Assembly (NCBI GenBank): GCA_963815055.1
Contig: CAWFEU010000009.1
Span: 158,435-222,434 of the forward strand
DNA: 64,000 nucleotides
Origin: an uncultured Alphaproteobacteria bacterium
GTDB lineage: Bacteria; Pseudomonadota; Alphaproteobacteria; Rhizobiales; Xanthobacteraceae
Reading direction: 5' to 3'
The notes beneath the pieces were generated by a model. The model was given only the letters and a program-made list of their open reading frames with translations. It was not told the DNA's origin and searched no databases. Both the position numbers and the translations under genes were made by a program. Below, piece by piece: positions 9,068 to 19,452 of this stretch (position 1 is its first letter; each line of letters begins with the position of its first letter).

Positions 9068-10464
9068 TTTCGAACAGGGTTGCGGTGCCCGATCGTGGCG
9101 CGCGGGCCGGCGGGCTCGAAGTCGCTATTCGGCCGGCCTTGAAGCGGAATGGCGGCCTGTGGTTTGGCTGGAGCGGCCGGGTCGCCGACGATATGCCCCG
9201 GGCGGTGAAGTCCGTCACTCACGAAAACATCACCTACGCCACCGTCGATCTTGGCAAGGATGACTACCAGGAATTCTACAACGGATTCGCCAATCGCGTG
9301 CTGTGGCCGATCCTGCATTATCGGCTCGACCTTGCCGAATTCACGCGTCGCGATCTTGGCGGCTATTTCCGAGTAAACCAGTATTTCGCCGGTCACCTTG
9401 AAACGTTGTTGAGGCCCGACGACGTCATCTGGGTCCACGACTACCATCTTATTCCGTTGGCGAAAGCGTTGCGCGATCGCGGTCACAGCAACAAAATCGG
9501 CTTCTTCATTCACATTCCGTTTCCGCCGCCCGAAATCATCACGGCCTTGCCCAATCACGATCAGCTCATTCCCGCACTCTGCCATTACGATCTCGTCGGG
9601 TTTCAGACTGAGGTCGATGCAGCAAACTTCTCCCGCTACATCGCCAATGAGTGCGGACTTGCGTGGGCGAGCGGCAACAGCTTTCAGTTCGGCAATCGCA
9701 CGGTACAGATCGGCACGTTCCCGGTCGGCGTGGAGACGGAAGCCTTCTCGCGCCTCGCGCGCCGCGCCATCGAAACCGAATTTGTCCGCGATGTGCTCGA
9801 AAGCCTTTCGGGCCGCGCGATGATCATCGGTGTCGACCGGCTCGACTACAGCAAGGGCATACCAGAGCGCATGAGCGCGTTTGAACGCTTTCTCACCAAT
9901 TTCCCTGACTGGCGCGGCAAGGTCACTTATCTCCAGATTACGCCACGCAGTCGCACCGGCATCCCCGAATATGCGGATATGGGGCGCTCGGTCGGTGAGG
10001 CAGTGGGACGCATCAATGGCACCTTTGGCGAGGCCTCGTGGACCCCCGTGCGTTACATCAACAAGGCGCACAGCCGCACGGCTCTTGCTGGCCTTTATCG
10101 TGCGGCCCGGGCAGGACTGGTCACGCCGTTGCGCGATGGCATGAACTTGGTGGCCAAGGAGTTTGTCGCGGCACAAGATGCGGACGATCCCGGCGTGTTG
10201 ATACTCTCACGTTTTGCCGGTGCCGCGTATGAATGCACTGCGGCGCTGCTCGTTAATCCCTATGATTCCGAGGGCGTCGGCAATGCGATCAATCGTGCAC
10301 TGTCAATGCCACTCGATGAACGACGCCAGCGTCATGCTGCCAATTTCAAGGTCCTGGTGCGCAACGATCTCAGCCACTGGTCGGAGCGCTTCCTGCGCAT
10401 GCTCGAGCAGCCGCCCGGCGGCGTCGACGCGCCGACGCTCGCGCGTGCTTCCGCCGGGCGCTAG
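9049..10464 (+). CDS. otsA: Trehalose-6-phosphate synthase
   Basis: [23 protein letters not shown] and [10 protein letters not shown] motifs; TTG start at 9049 overlapping the GH15 end. Confidence 0.93.
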   Translation: MARLVVVSNRVAVPDRGARAGGLEVAIRPALKRNGGLWFGWSGRVADDMPRAVKSVTHENITYATVDLGKDDYQEFYNGFANRVLWPILHYRLDLAEFTRRDLGGYFRVNQYFAGHLETLLRPDDVIWVHDYHLIPLAKALRDRGHSNKIGFFIHIPFPPPEIITALPNHDQLIPALCHYDLVGFQTEVDAANFSRYIANECGLAWASGNSFQFGNRTVQIGTFPVGVETEAFSRLARRAIETEFVRDVLESLSGRAMIIGVDRLDYSKGIPERMSAFERFLTNFPDWRGKVTYLQITPRSRTGIPEYADMGRSVGEAVGRINGTFGEASWTPVRYINKAHSRTALAGLYRAARAGLVTPLRDGMNLVAKEFVAAQDADDPGVLILSRFAGAAYECTAALLVNPYDSEGVGNAINRALSMPLDERRQRHAANFKVLVRNDLSHWSERFLRMLEQPPGGVDAPTLARASAGR

Positions 10465-10474
10465 CGCGTCGCGC

Positions 10475-10488
10475 TAGACATAGATCAA
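10475..10488. promoter_or_regulatory. FixK/FNR-like box upstream of the cytochrome c gene
   Basis: TAGAC-ATAG-ATCAA versus TTGA(T/C)-N4-ATCAA, about 60 bp before the ATG. Confidence 0.4.
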
Positions 10489-10549
10489 TACGGATTGTAA
10501 GCGGCCGACGTATGTGATCAGTTCATAACAACCGCCGAGGTACCTGCCA

Positions 10550-10861
10550 ATGCATCGAATAATCACTGCGCTGTCTGCTCTGATCGTGGCCGCTGCGCTG
10601 ACGGAGGGTGCCTTCGCGGCTGATGCGCGCAAAGGCGAAACGCTCGCAAAGCGCTGGTGTGCGACTTGCCATATTGTGGCTTCCGATCAGCAGCGCGGCA
10701 CCGCCCAGTCGCCTCCGTTTTCAGCCATTGCAAACAAGCCAGGCTTTAGCGAAACAGTGCTTGCATATTTTCTGCTGACGCCGCATCCGCGGATGCCGGA
10801 CATGAACCTGTCGCGTACCGAAGCTGCGGATCTTGCCGCCTATATAAAAACGCAGAAGTAG
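10550..10861 (+). CDS. Class I monoheme cytochrome c
   Basis: Signal peptide, CATCH heme motif and HPRMP axial Met. Confidence 0.9.
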   Translation: MHRIITALSALIVAAALTEGAFAADARKGETLAKRWCATCHIVASDQQRGTAQSPPFSAIANKPGFSETVLAYFLLTPHPRMPDMNLSRTEAADLAAYIKTQK

Positions 10862-10864
10862 CTC

Positions 10865-12817
10865 CTAGGCCGCAGCCATGGTTCGCCGCAGGTCTGGCGG
10901 TACCGCTTCGTCGGCAAAAGCCTTCAGCGCGGCCTCGAGCGGCATGACCTGCTGTCCTTCCTTGCCAAGACGGCGGATGGATACCGTGCGCTCGGCCGCT
11001 TCCTTTTTTCCGATGACAAGCAGAACCGGGACTTTTGCCAGGGAATGCTCGCGTACCTTGTAGTTGATCTTCTCGTTGCGCAGATCGCTTTCGACTCGCA
11101 GCCCGCTCTTGCGGGCGGCGTCGACCACCTCCAGCGCAAATTGGTCGGCGTCAGATGTGATGGTCGCGACGACCAACTGAACCGGCGAGAGCCAAAGGGG
11201 CAGGTGCCCCGCATAGTGCTCGATGAGGATGCCGGTGAAGCGCTCGAGCGAGCCGAATATGGCGCGGTGGAGCATCACCGGCGTGACCTTGTTCGAACGC
11301 TCGTCGATGTAGAACGCACCGAGCCGTCCGGGCAGGTTGAGGTCAACCTGGACAGTTCCGCACTGCCAGTCGCGACCGATCGCGTCGCGCAAAACATATT
11401 CAAGCTTGGGGCCGTAAAAGGCGCCTTCACCCTTGTTCAGCGTCCACGGCCGGCCTGATGCCTTGAGCGCAGCCATCAAGGCGGCTTCCGCCTTGTCCCA
11501 CACCGCATCATCACCGATGCGCTTGTCCGGCCGGTCGGAGAACTTGATCCGCACATCCGAGAATCCGAAATCCTCGTAAATTGAAAGGATCAGATCATTC
11601 ATCTTGAGGGATTCTTCGGCGATCTGGCCCTCGGTGATGAAAACATGCGCGTCGTCCTGTGTGAAAGCACGCACGCGCATCAATCCGTGCAGGGCACCTG
11701 ATGGCTCGAAGCGGTGCACCTTGCCGAATTCGGCGATCTTGACCGGGAGTTCGCGGTAACTGCGCAAGCCGTTCTTGAAAATCTGGACGTGGCCTGGGCA
11801 GTTCATCGGCTTGACCGCGTAGACGCGCTCGTCTTCTTCGCGTTTTTGCGTGAGGAAAATCATGTCCGAATAAGTGGGGATGTGTCCGGTGATCTCCCAC
11901 AGGGTCTTATCCATGAGCTGCGGCGAATTTACCTCGACATAACCGGCCGCGCTTTGCTCGCGGCGAATGTAATTTTCCAGGGCCTGGAAAAGCGTCCAAC
12001 CTTTGGCGTGCCAGAACACCGAACCGGGAGCCTCTTCCTGGAAATGAAACAGGTCCATCTCGCGGCCGACCCGGCGGTGGTCGCGTTTTTCGGCTTCCTC
12101 GATCTGCTTGAGATAGGCGTCGAGCTCTTCCTGCTTGGCGAAAGCGGTGCCGTAGATACGGGTCAGCATCGGGTTCTTTGAATTGCCGCGCCAATAGGCG
12201 CCCGCCACCTTCATCAACTTGAAGGCGTTGCCGATCTTGCCGGTCGACGTCATATGCGGGCCGCGGCAGAGATCAAACCAGTCGCCCTGCTTGTAGATTT
12301 TGATCTGCTGGTCAGCCGGGATGGCGTCCACAAGCTCGACCTTGAAGGCCTCGCCCATGTCGCGGAACGTTTTCTTGGTCTGGTCGCGCGACCACACTTC
12401 CTTGGTGAAAGGTTTGTCGCGCGCGATGATCTCTCGCATCTTCTTCTCGATGACCGGCAGATCTTCAGGCGTGAATGGCTGGTTGCGGAAGAAATCGTAG
12501 TAGAAGCCGTTTTCGATCACCGGACCGATCGTGACCTGCGTGCCTGGCCACAACGCCTGTACCGCTTCGGCGAGCACGTGGGCTGCGTCGTGCCTGATTA
12601 GCTCGAGTGCGCGCGGGTCTTCTCGCGAGATGAACTCGATCTTGACGTCGCGATCGATCGGGTCGCTCAAATCGGCGAGGCCGCCGTCGAGCGCCATTGC
12701 GACCGTGCGCTTGGCCAGTGAGGGGGAAATGCCCTTGGCAATATCCAGACCGGTTGTGCCTGAGGGGTATTCACGGCGGGCGCCGTCGGGAAAGGTCAGC
12801 GCGATACTTTGCGCCAT
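10865..12817 (-). CDS. thrS: Threonine--tRNA ligase
   Basis: TGS N-terminus, DLCRGPH editing motif, [15 protein letters not shown] and anticodon-binding domain. Confidence 0.97.
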   Translation of the reverse strand: MAQSIALTFPDGARREYPSGTTGLDIAKGISPSLAKRTVAMALDGGLADLSDPIDRDVKIEFISREDPRALELIRHDAAHVLAEAVQALWPGTQVTIGPVIENGFYYDFFRNQPFTPEDLPVIEKKMREIIARDKPFTKEVWSRDQTKKTFRDMGEAFKVELVDAIPADQQIKIYKQGDWFDLCRGPHMTSTGKIGNAFKLMKVAGAYWRGNSKNPMLTRIYGTAFAKQEELDAYLKQIEEAEKRDHRRVGREMDLFHFQEEAPGSVFWHAKGWTLFQALENYIRREQSAAGYVEVNSPQLMDKTLWEITGHIPTYSDMIFLTQKREEDERVYAVKPMNCPGHVQIFKNGLRSYRELPVKIAEFGKVHRFEPSGALHGLMRVRAFTQDDAHVFITEGQIAEESLKMNDLILSIYEDFGFSDVRIKFSDRPDKRIGDDAVWDKAEAALMAALKASGRPWTLNKGEGAFYGPKLEYVLRDAIGRDWQCGTVQVDLNLPGRLGAFYIDERSNKVTPVMLHRAIFGSLERFTGILIEHYAGHLPLWLSPVQLVVATITSDADQFALEVVDAARKSGLRVESDLRNEKINYKVREHSLAKVPVLLVIGKKEAAERTVSIRRLGKEGQQVMPLEAALKAFADEAVPPDLRRTMAAA

Positions 12818-12899
12818 GGCATCGTCTCCTAGCTCACTCGCTGCCTACGAATGCAGGTAAGCGTCAAACTCGATATAGCAGGCGAATCAGACTGTGCAA

Positions 12900-13232
12900 C
12901 TAGGCGTGCGGCGCTTCGTTGGCGCCGCGCCAGCGGCCGTAACGCCAGGGAAAAAACCAATGTGCGTGCGCTGGCAATTCAGCGGGCACGAAATCCAGTC
13001 CCGAAGTACCCCAGGGGTGGCAGCGCAGAACGCGGGCGAGCGCCATCCAGCCCCCGGCCCAAAGGCCGAAGCGGCCAATCGCCTCATGCGCATAATCAGA
13101 GCAGGTCGGCAGGTGACGGCAGCGCGGGCCCAGTAACGGCGAAAGCATAAGCCGATAAAGCGCGACCAGTCCCTGGCCTGCGAGCCGGGGCAGGCGTGTA
13201 AATAGATGCGGCTGGTCGCTGTTCTGCGGCAT
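12900..13232 (-). CDS. yidD: Membrane protein insertion efficiency factor
   Basis: CRHLPTCSDYA...RVLRCHPWGTSGLD signature. Confidence 0.88.
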   Translation of the reverse strand: MPQNSDQPHLFTRLPRLAGQGLVALYRLMLSPLLGPRCRHLPTCSDYAHEAIGRFGLWAGGWMALARVLRCHPWGTSGLDFVPAELPAHAHWFFPWRYGRWRGANEAPHA

Positions 13233-13471
13233 CGCTTTACTCAAGTTCCAGTGAAAGATTAATATCGCAGGGTTCCCGTGCAAAGTTCCAAGGCCATGGA
13301 ACTACGGGAAAATCCGGTAATCCGGGGTGACAGCTACTTTTTTACACTAGACCCGAATCTCGCAACTGCTCTAAGACTTACCTGCGCCCGGGGGTACCAG
13401 CGCCGCTCAAGCTCAGCCAGAACGTGGACAACCACGCAAGAAGAAGGGCTCGGTGGCGAGACAGGGGAAGA

Positions 13472-14774
13472 ATGAACCGTTCCCTTTCGCTTGTTTGCGC
13501 GCTCGCATTGGCGGCGCCGTTTTTGATGTTGCCCTCGCCATCGCGCGCAACCGATCGCGTGTTGCCGATGCAATTCGAATTGCGGACGCAGGGGCCGGCC
13601 GAGGCCTGCGGCACGCACTGCAAACTCTATATTGCGGCTTCCGGCGCGATTACTGCAGACACGCCGCGCAGCTTCCTGGCCTTCGCACAAAATCGAGACC
13701 TTGCGGGCGCGACTGTGGCCATCGATTCCGACGGCGGGTCGGTCCTTGGCGCTATCGCGCTGGGCCGGGAAATCCGCAACCTCAAGCTTGCCACCACGGT
13801 CGGTCGCATTGTTGATCTTCGAACCGAAGGTCAAGACGAGGCGCGCGCGACGCTGTCGCCGAATGCCGATTGCGAGTTGATGTGCGCCTTTGTCCTGCTG
13901 GGCGGCTTGCGCAGATCGGTCCCGATCGAAGCGCGCGTGATGGTCCATCAAATCTGGCTCGGCGACCGCAGAGAAGATCCGACGGCCGCGAGCTATTCGG
14001 CCGAGGATCTCGTATTGGTCCAACGCGATATCGGGCGGCTTGCGCAATACGCAGCTGATATGGGCGCCTCGGCGGATCTGCTTGACCTCGCGCTCCGTAT
14101 CCCGCCTTGGGAGCCGATGCATGCGATGACGCGTGAGGAATTGCGGCACTCACGTCTGACAACCGAAGAATCAGACGCCGCCGGCGACCGTCGCGACATC
14201 AGCGCCCGCGCCGCAAGCACAACCAATTTCGCACATGACCAACGGCCTGCGCGCCGCGATAAGCGAGCAACGCTGGGCTTTGGTCGACAATTCCGGTGTT
14301 GCTACGCTGGCCCGGCGCCATCCTCTGACCGCTGAAGGCGAGGACATCGGCAGCTTCGATCTGGTGGTGGCCTGTGTTGCCGGCGGCGAAGGATATGAGG
14401 TCAGCTATATCGAGCGGCGACATAGCGGGGAGCAAGCCCAGCTCCCTGATGGGCTGGGCAGAATCAGCGTGCGGGTTGGCAGCAACTCGGCAGAGCTCAA
14501 GGTTGTCTCCTCCGAGCGCCGCAACAGTCCCGACGAGCTCGTCACCTACGCCTCGGGACGCGTTCCGGCCGCGCTGATCGCCGCATTTGCCGCGGTCGGT
14601 AACCACTCGATGATGATCAAAACAGAGAGCCCGCGTCTGACCACTGGAATACGGCTCGGCAATACCGGCGCGGCGCAAAATCTGCCGCGGCTGTCTGCAA
14701 ACTGCATCAAGCCGCTCGGTGATCGCGCTGAACTGCCGAGGGCGAAGACCGGTGGCCTGGCCGCAGCGAAATAG
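13472..14774 (+). CDS. Exported COG3904/Clp-protease-fold-like hypothetical protein, split by a +1 frameshift near 14170-14180
   Basis: DSDGGSVLGAIALG...CELMCAF...VMVHQ in the first frame; the second frame continues PATVATSAPAPQAQPISHMTNGLR... to the stop at 14774. Probable sequencing error. Confidence 0.65.
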
Positions 14775-15233
14775 TTATTCGGCCGCTTGCGCGCGCTTGT
14801 TGCCTGACTTTGCGTCGATCTGGTCGAGCGCCGAAACCACCGCATCAAAAGTCAGCAACGTCGAGGCGTGGCGCGCCTTGTAGTCGCGCACCGGTTCCAG
14901 GACTGCGATGTCAGCCCACTTGCCGGACGGAGGCGGGCCGTTCTCTTTCAGCATTTTGCGCACGGTCTCGCGCAATTCCCGCAGTTCGGCAGGCTTTGCC
15001 CCGATCACGTGGCGCGCCATGATCGATGAAGACGCTTGGCCGAGCGCGCAGGCCTTCACGTCGTGGGCAAAATCGGCGACGGCGCCGCCGCCCATCTTGA
15101 GGTCAACGGTCACCGTCGACCCGCATAGTTTCGAATGGGCGGTGGCACTGGCATCCGGCGCAGAAAGCCGCCCCAGGCGGGGAATATTGCCCGCCAGTTC
15201 GAGGATTTGGCTGTTGTAAACCTCGTTAAGCAT
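14775..15233 (-). CDS. IscU/NifU-N-like Fe-S scaffold protein
   Basis: MLNEVYN...SKLCGS...VKACALGQAS...RHASTLLTFDA. Confidence 0.88.
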   Translation of the reverse strand: MLNEVYNSQILELAGNIPRLGRLSAPDASATAHSKLCGSTVTVDLKMGGGAVADFAHDVKACALGQASSSIMARHVIGAKPAELRELRETVRKMLKENGPPPSGKWADIAVLEPVRDYKARHASTLLTFDAVVSALDQIDAKSGNKRAQAAE

Positions 15234-15482
15234 TGAAGTTTTACCGATTATGCAGAATCGCCGGATTGCTTCGGCGCTGCAAACGAATATATAGGTGTTG
15301 ACCCAACGGTGCGAGAAGGGATTCTCGGCGCCGATATGGCGTAAGCTATGCGGAATGGGAATGCAGCGTCCAGATGCCGCGTTGGGACGAAGTGGTCCTT
15401 TGCGGGTTAACTGACGCGGCCACCCCGGTGACACTCCCGGCACTGCCTTCAGGCTAGCGCCGGTCGAACGGAGAGACCCGTC

Positions 15483-16142
15483 ATGGACGTAAAGAATACC
15501 AACGTGAAGCCTTGGCCGAAGCAGGGCCTTTCCGAGCACGTGCGGGCGGCGCCTGCACCGGTCGAACCGCGGCCCTCGCGCGAGCAAGCGGAAGCGGCTG
15601 TACGTACGTTGATCGCGTATACCGGTGATGATCCGGCGCGCGAAGGCGTGCTGGAAACGCCGAAACGTGTGATCGACGCCTACGAGGAGATCTATCAGGG
15701 CTATCGTGAATGCCCGGCGGAAGTGCTGGATCGCACGTTCAGTGAAACCGGCGGTTATGACGACTTCGTGCTGGTCCGCGACATCGGATTTAATTCGCAT
15801 TGCGAGCACCATATGATGCCGTTCTACGGCAAGGCGCATGTCGCCTACATGCCGACTGATCGGGTCGTGGGTCTTTCGAAGCTTGCGCGGCTGGTTGATG
15901 TGTATGCGCTGCGGTTGCAGACGCAGGAGCATTTGACCTCGCAGGTGGCGACCGCAATCGACGAAATTCTCAAGCCGCGCGGGGTTGCAGTGATGATCGA
16001 AGCCGAACACATGTGCATGTCCCTGCGCGGCGTCCAAAAACCCGGCGCCCTGACTGTGACAACGCATTTTGCCGGTGCGTTCCGCGACGACGCCAGCGAG
16101 CAAGTTCGTTTCATGACGTTGCTGCGCGGTGGTCAGCGGTAA
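15483..16142 (+). CDS. folE: GTP cyclohydrolase I
   Basis: [23 protein letters not shown] and HMCMSLRGV motifs. Confidence 0.95.
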   Translation: MDVKNTNVKPWPKQGLSEHVRAAPAPVEPRPSREQAEAAVRTLIAYTGDDPAREGVLETPKRVIDAYEEIYQGYRECPAEVLDRTFSETGGYDDFVLVRDIGFNSHCEHHMMPFYGKAHVAYMPTDRVVGLSKLARLVDVYALRLQTQEHLTSQVATAIDEILKPRGVAVMIEAEHMCMSLRGVQKPGALTVTTHFAGAFRDDASEQVRFMTLLRGGQR

Positions 16143-16173
16143 GTTCTAGTCCGAGTTAGTTTCATTAGTTTCT

Positions 16174-16283
16174 CCGTCATCCTGAGGTGCGCGCCGCTGG
16201 CGCGCCGAAGGATGACGGGCACCACCCGCTCGGCCGATCACACCGCGAGGCTCGCGCTTTGCGCTCGCACCTCAGGGCGACGG
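16174..16283. repeat. REP/RIME-like palindromic intergenic element
   Basis: Terminal inverted repeats CCGTCATCCTGAGGTGC / GCACCTCAGGGCGACGG with internal hairpins. Confidence 0.7.
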
Positions 16284-16302
16284 CGAAAGGCAGGAGCCAG
16301 CT

Positions 16303-16728
16303 TTGTCGACATCCGTGCACGATCTCGAAGAGGGCCTGACGTTCGCGCCAAAATTTGACGCTGACGGCTTGATCACGGCGGTTGCAACCGACGCCAGATC
16401 GGGCGACGTGCTGATGGTCGCGCACATGAATGACGAGGCCTTGCGCAAGACCATTGCGACAGGCGAGGCTTGGTACTACAGCCGTTCACGCAAGGCGCTG
16501 TGGAAAAAGGGCGAAACATCCGGACATGTCCAGCGCGTGCTCGAATTGCGGGTCGATTGCGATCAGGACGCGCTTTGGCTGAAGGTCGAGCAACAGGGCG
16601 CAGGCGCCTGTCACACCGGGCGGCGTTCCTGTTTTTACCGGGCGGTCCCGATCGGCAAAGGCGCCGGCACCAGGCTCGAATTCCGCGACGCGGAAAAGGC
16701 CTTCGATCCCGGAAAAGTTTATAAGTAG
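16303..16728 (+). CDS. hisI: Phosphoribosyl-AMP cyclohydrolase
   Basis: [20 protein letters not shown] and [10 protein letters not shown] motifs; TTG start after a GGAG RBS. Confidence 0.95.
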   Translation: MSTSVHDLEEGLTFAPKFDADGLITAVATDARSGDVLMVAHMNDEALRKTIATGEAWYYSRSRKALWKKGETSGHVQRVLELRVDCDQDALWLKVEQQGAGACHTGRRSCFYRAVPIGKGAGTRLEFRDAEKAFDPGKVYK

Positions 16729-16735
16729 CCGGTTG

Positions 16736-17605
16736 TTAGCGCTTCAGGCGGTCAAGCAGTTGCTGCGCACGTATGAGATGAGGGCGGTCGTACATCTTGC
16801 CGTCGATACCGACGGCCCCGGCGCCGGGTTGGGCGGCAAAGGCTGCGACCACCGAGCTGGCCCTTTCAATTTGCGCCGACGTCGGCGTGAAGACCTCGTT
16901 GATCACCGGCACTTGCGCGGGATGGATCGCGAGGCGCCCGGTGAACCCATCACGGCGCGCGGCTTCGGTGTCACGGCGCAACCCATCCGAATTACGAAAA
17001 TCCACATATACGGTCTCGATCGCCGGGAGCTTTGCGGCAGCAGCAGCATAGAGGCAAACCGAACGCGCGAGGCGATAGGGCTCAGTCAATTCACCGCTTG
17101 CATCCCGGTTTGTTTCCGCACCCAGCTCGGCCGACAGATCCTCGGGCCCCCAGGTGAGCCCCATCAGCCGCGGGCTTGCGTTGCGGAAGTTGCCGGCGGA
17201 GAAAAGCCCGGCCGCCGATTCCACGGCTTGCGCAAGAATCTTGATATGGCCTTCAGGCAGACCTGCGATGGCCTCTCGCGCCGTCAGCTTGGCATCGAGG
17301 TGTACGACACTTGCGCCGCCTTCAGCCTTGGGAAACACGACGGCATCCGGACTACCTGAAACGATCGCATCCAGGTCGGCGTCCGTCATACCGGTGTCGA
17401 GACCGTTGATCCGAACCAGCAAGCCTGGACGCTGTTTTCTGGCCCCGGCAGCCTTGAGAAATGCCAGGGCGGCCGCGCGGGCTTGCGGCTTCCGCTCGGG
17501 CGTAATGGAATCTTCCAGATCGACGATAACGGCATCGGCGCCACTCGCCAGCGCCTTGTCGAGTTTTGGCCCGCCGTCAGCGGGAACGAAGAGAAACGAG
17601 CGCAT
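16736..17605 (-). CDS. CitE/HpcH-family CoA-ester lyase
   Basis: MRSFLFVPAD, DLEDS, VRING, PKAE, GPEDLSAELG and AIHPAQV motifs. Confidence 0.9.
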   Translation of the reverse strand: MRSFLFVPADGGPKLDKALASGADAVIVDLEDSITPERKPQARAAALAFLKAAGARKQRPGLLVRINGLDTGMTDADLDAIVSGSPDAVVFPKAEGGASVVHLDAKLTAREAIAGLPEGHIKILAQAVESAAGLFSAGNFRNASPRLMGLTWGPEDLSAELGAETNRDASGELTEPYRLARSVCLYAAAAAKLPAIETVYVDFRNSDGLRRDTEAARRDGFTGRLAIHPAQVPVINEVFTPTSAQIERASSVVAAFAAQPGAGAVGIDGKMYDRPHLIRAQQLLDRLKR

Positions 17606-18093
17606 TATTTCGGCCGCATCCGCATGAATGCCTGACGGTGGCATTCGGCGACCAAAGTGCCGTCCTGCTTGAATGCCTTGTGATGGAATTCAACGATGCC
17701 GGCGTCCGGCCGCGATTTCGACTCGCGCTTGCTCATCACTTGTGTCGAGCAATGCACAGTGTCGCCCTCGAACAAGGGATTGGGAAATTTGACATCGGTC
17801 ATGCCGAGATTGGCAATGGTCGTACCCACCGTCATGTCAGAAACCTGGATGCCGATCATGAGCCCCAGCGTGAACAGCGAGTTCATCAGCGGCTGGCCCC
17901 ACTCGGTCTCGGTTTCGCAAAAATGCCGGTCGATGTGCAGCGGCTGTGGGTTGAGCGTCATGTTCGAAAACAGCATGTTGTCCATCTGCGTCACGGTGCG
18001 CGTATAGCGGTGCTCGTAGGTCTTGCCGATCTCGAAATCCTCGAAATACAGGCCGCCGCGCTTATGCCGCTGGATCGCCTCAGGCATCGTCAT
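17605..18093 (-). CDS. MaoC-family (R)-hydratase/dehydratase
   Basis: GLYFEDF...DNMLFS...NPQPLHID hydratase motif; TAATG coupling to the lyase gene. Confidence 0.9.
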   Translation of the reverse strand: MTMPEAIQRHKRGGLYFEDFEIGKTYEHRYTRTVTQMDNMLFSNMTLNPQPLHIDRHFCETETEWGQPLMNSLFTLGLMIGIQVSDMTVGTTIANLGMTDVKFPNPLFEGDTVHCSTQVMSKRESKSRPDAGIVEFHHKAFKQDGTLVAECHRQAFMRMRPK

Positions 18094-18135
18094 TTCTCCG
18101 AAAAATCCTGCTTAAATAGGGCTTTGCATAGCCCG

Positions 18136-18152
18136 TTTACGGTTCGTTTACC
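18136..18152 (+). promoter_or_regulatory. CtrA-like site upstream of the SLT gene
   Basis: TTTA-cggttcg-TTTACC (N7 spacing). Confidence 0.45.
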
Positions 18153-18238
18153 ATAATTCCGCATGGTCGGAAGGCCCGCGAGAGCCGTTGCGTCTGCGTC
18201 TATTCCCATAAGCCCAGAACTTTGCAAGGCGCAACACG

Positions 18239-19312
18239 ATGGCTATTCATCCGGCGACAGCCGGCGGGGGACCGCAGATCACCGGGGCGATCCGCCAGGC
18301 GGCGCAGTCGACCGGTATCAGCTTCGAATATCTGCTCACGACCGCGCAGATCGAATCGAACATGAATCCGTCGGCGCAAGCGTCGACCTCATCGGCGAAG
18401 GGCCTCTATCAATTCATCGACCAGACCTGGCTTGGCACCATGAAGCAGGATGGAGCCGCGTTGGGGCTGGGCCAATATGCCGACGCCATCTCGCGGTCGT
18501 CCGGCGGGCATTACGAAGTTTCGGATCCCGCCATGCGGGCGGCGATCCTGCGGCTACGTAATGATCCACAGGCGAGCGCGATGCTCGCAGGCGCGCTTAC
18601 ACGCAACAATGCAACACTGGTCGGCTCGAATATCGGCCGCCAGCCAACCAATGGCGAACTCTATATCGCGCATTTTCTTGGCGCCGATGGGGCGGGTAAG
18701 TTAATCAACGCAGCGTCGAGCCGGCCACAGACGAGCGCCGCCGCCATGTTCCCCAACGCGGCCGCCGCAAATCGCAACATTTTCTATGATCACTCTGGCC
18801 GCGCGCGCAGCGTCGGAGAGGTCTACAGGAAGCTGACCAAACTTTTCGATACCGCCCGCGCAGTTGCATTTGCGCCGCTGGGCGGGACGACCGAAGTGGC
18901 GAGTGCCGCGTTGCCGGCGTCAGCGCCGCCGCTGCCGCCCGCAAAAACGGTGGGAAGCGCGCCATTGATCAAGTCGGTGCCGAGGGCGCAAGTCGCGCGG
19001 CTGGCCTCCGCTGACATTCCGCGTCCGCCCGCACCGATCCCGCGCCCGGCGTCAGTCCGGACGCACGACACGGCCGGCACAACGCAGGCATACGCAAAGG
19101 CCAACGAACAACTGCCGACCCCACCGGTCGCACGTGCGTCGTTCGAGTCCATGTTTACCGACCGTGTGCGGCAGCCTTTGACGCAAACCGTCAATACGCT
19201 CTGGGGTCCGACCACGACCGGGGCGCCACCACCAAGCCAGACGGCGCAGGTGTTTGATCTTTTCACCGACCCGCGGCCCAATATCCGCAAATTGTCTGGC
19301 GACAAAGTCTGA
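18239..19312 (+). CDS. Lytic transglycosylase (SLT) domain protein with Pro/Ala-rich C-terminal tail
   Basis: AQIESNMNP catalytic Glu, SSAKGLYQF and LYIAHFLG motifs. Confidence 0.85.
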   Translation: MAIHPATAGGGPQITGAIRQAAQSTGISFEYLLTTAQIESNMNPSAQASTSSAKGLYQFIDQTWLGTMKQDGAALGLGQYADAISRSSGGHYEVSDPAMRAAILRLRNDPQASAMLAGALTRNNATLVGSNIGRQPTNGELYIAHFLGADGAGKLINAASSRPQTSAAAMFPNAAAANRNIFYDHSGRARSVGEVYRKLTKLFDTARAVAFAPLGGTTEVASAALPASAPPLPPAKTVGSAPLIKSVPRAQVARLASADIPRPPAPIPRPASVRTHDTAGTTQAYAKANEQLPTPPVARASFESMFTDRVRQPLTQTVNTLWGPTTTGAPPPSQTAQVFDLFTDPRPNIRKLSGDKV

Positions 19313-19351
19313 CATTGGCCTGATTTTGCTGCGTATTTCGGGCCAGCATGC

Positions 19352-19390
19352 TTAACGACCGATCAATTTCTATGGTGAACGCTTTGTTAA
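19352..19390. promoter_or_regulatory. Two CtrA-like sites upstream of the DUF2336 gene
   Basis: TTAA-cgaccga-TCAA (19352-19366) and GGTGAA-cgctttg-TTAA (19374-19390). Confidence 0.55.
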
Positions 19391-19452
19391 GCCTCATCCC
19401 TTAGGCTGACTTCTGCCGTCCGTGGGGGCGGTTTCGTAGCGTCGGTTGCGCC

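Noticed and set aside
8986-10176. 396-aa minus-strand ORF, and the many other long antisense ORFs (e.g. 22572-23630, 26602-27729, 55120-56283)
   Set aside because: Shadow ORFs opposite well-supported genes in high-GC DNA; no recognisable motifs.
14775-16103. 442-aa ORF suggesting a long N-terminal extension on the IscU-like protein
   Set aside because: The extension is the antisense of folE; the real start is the ATG at 15233.
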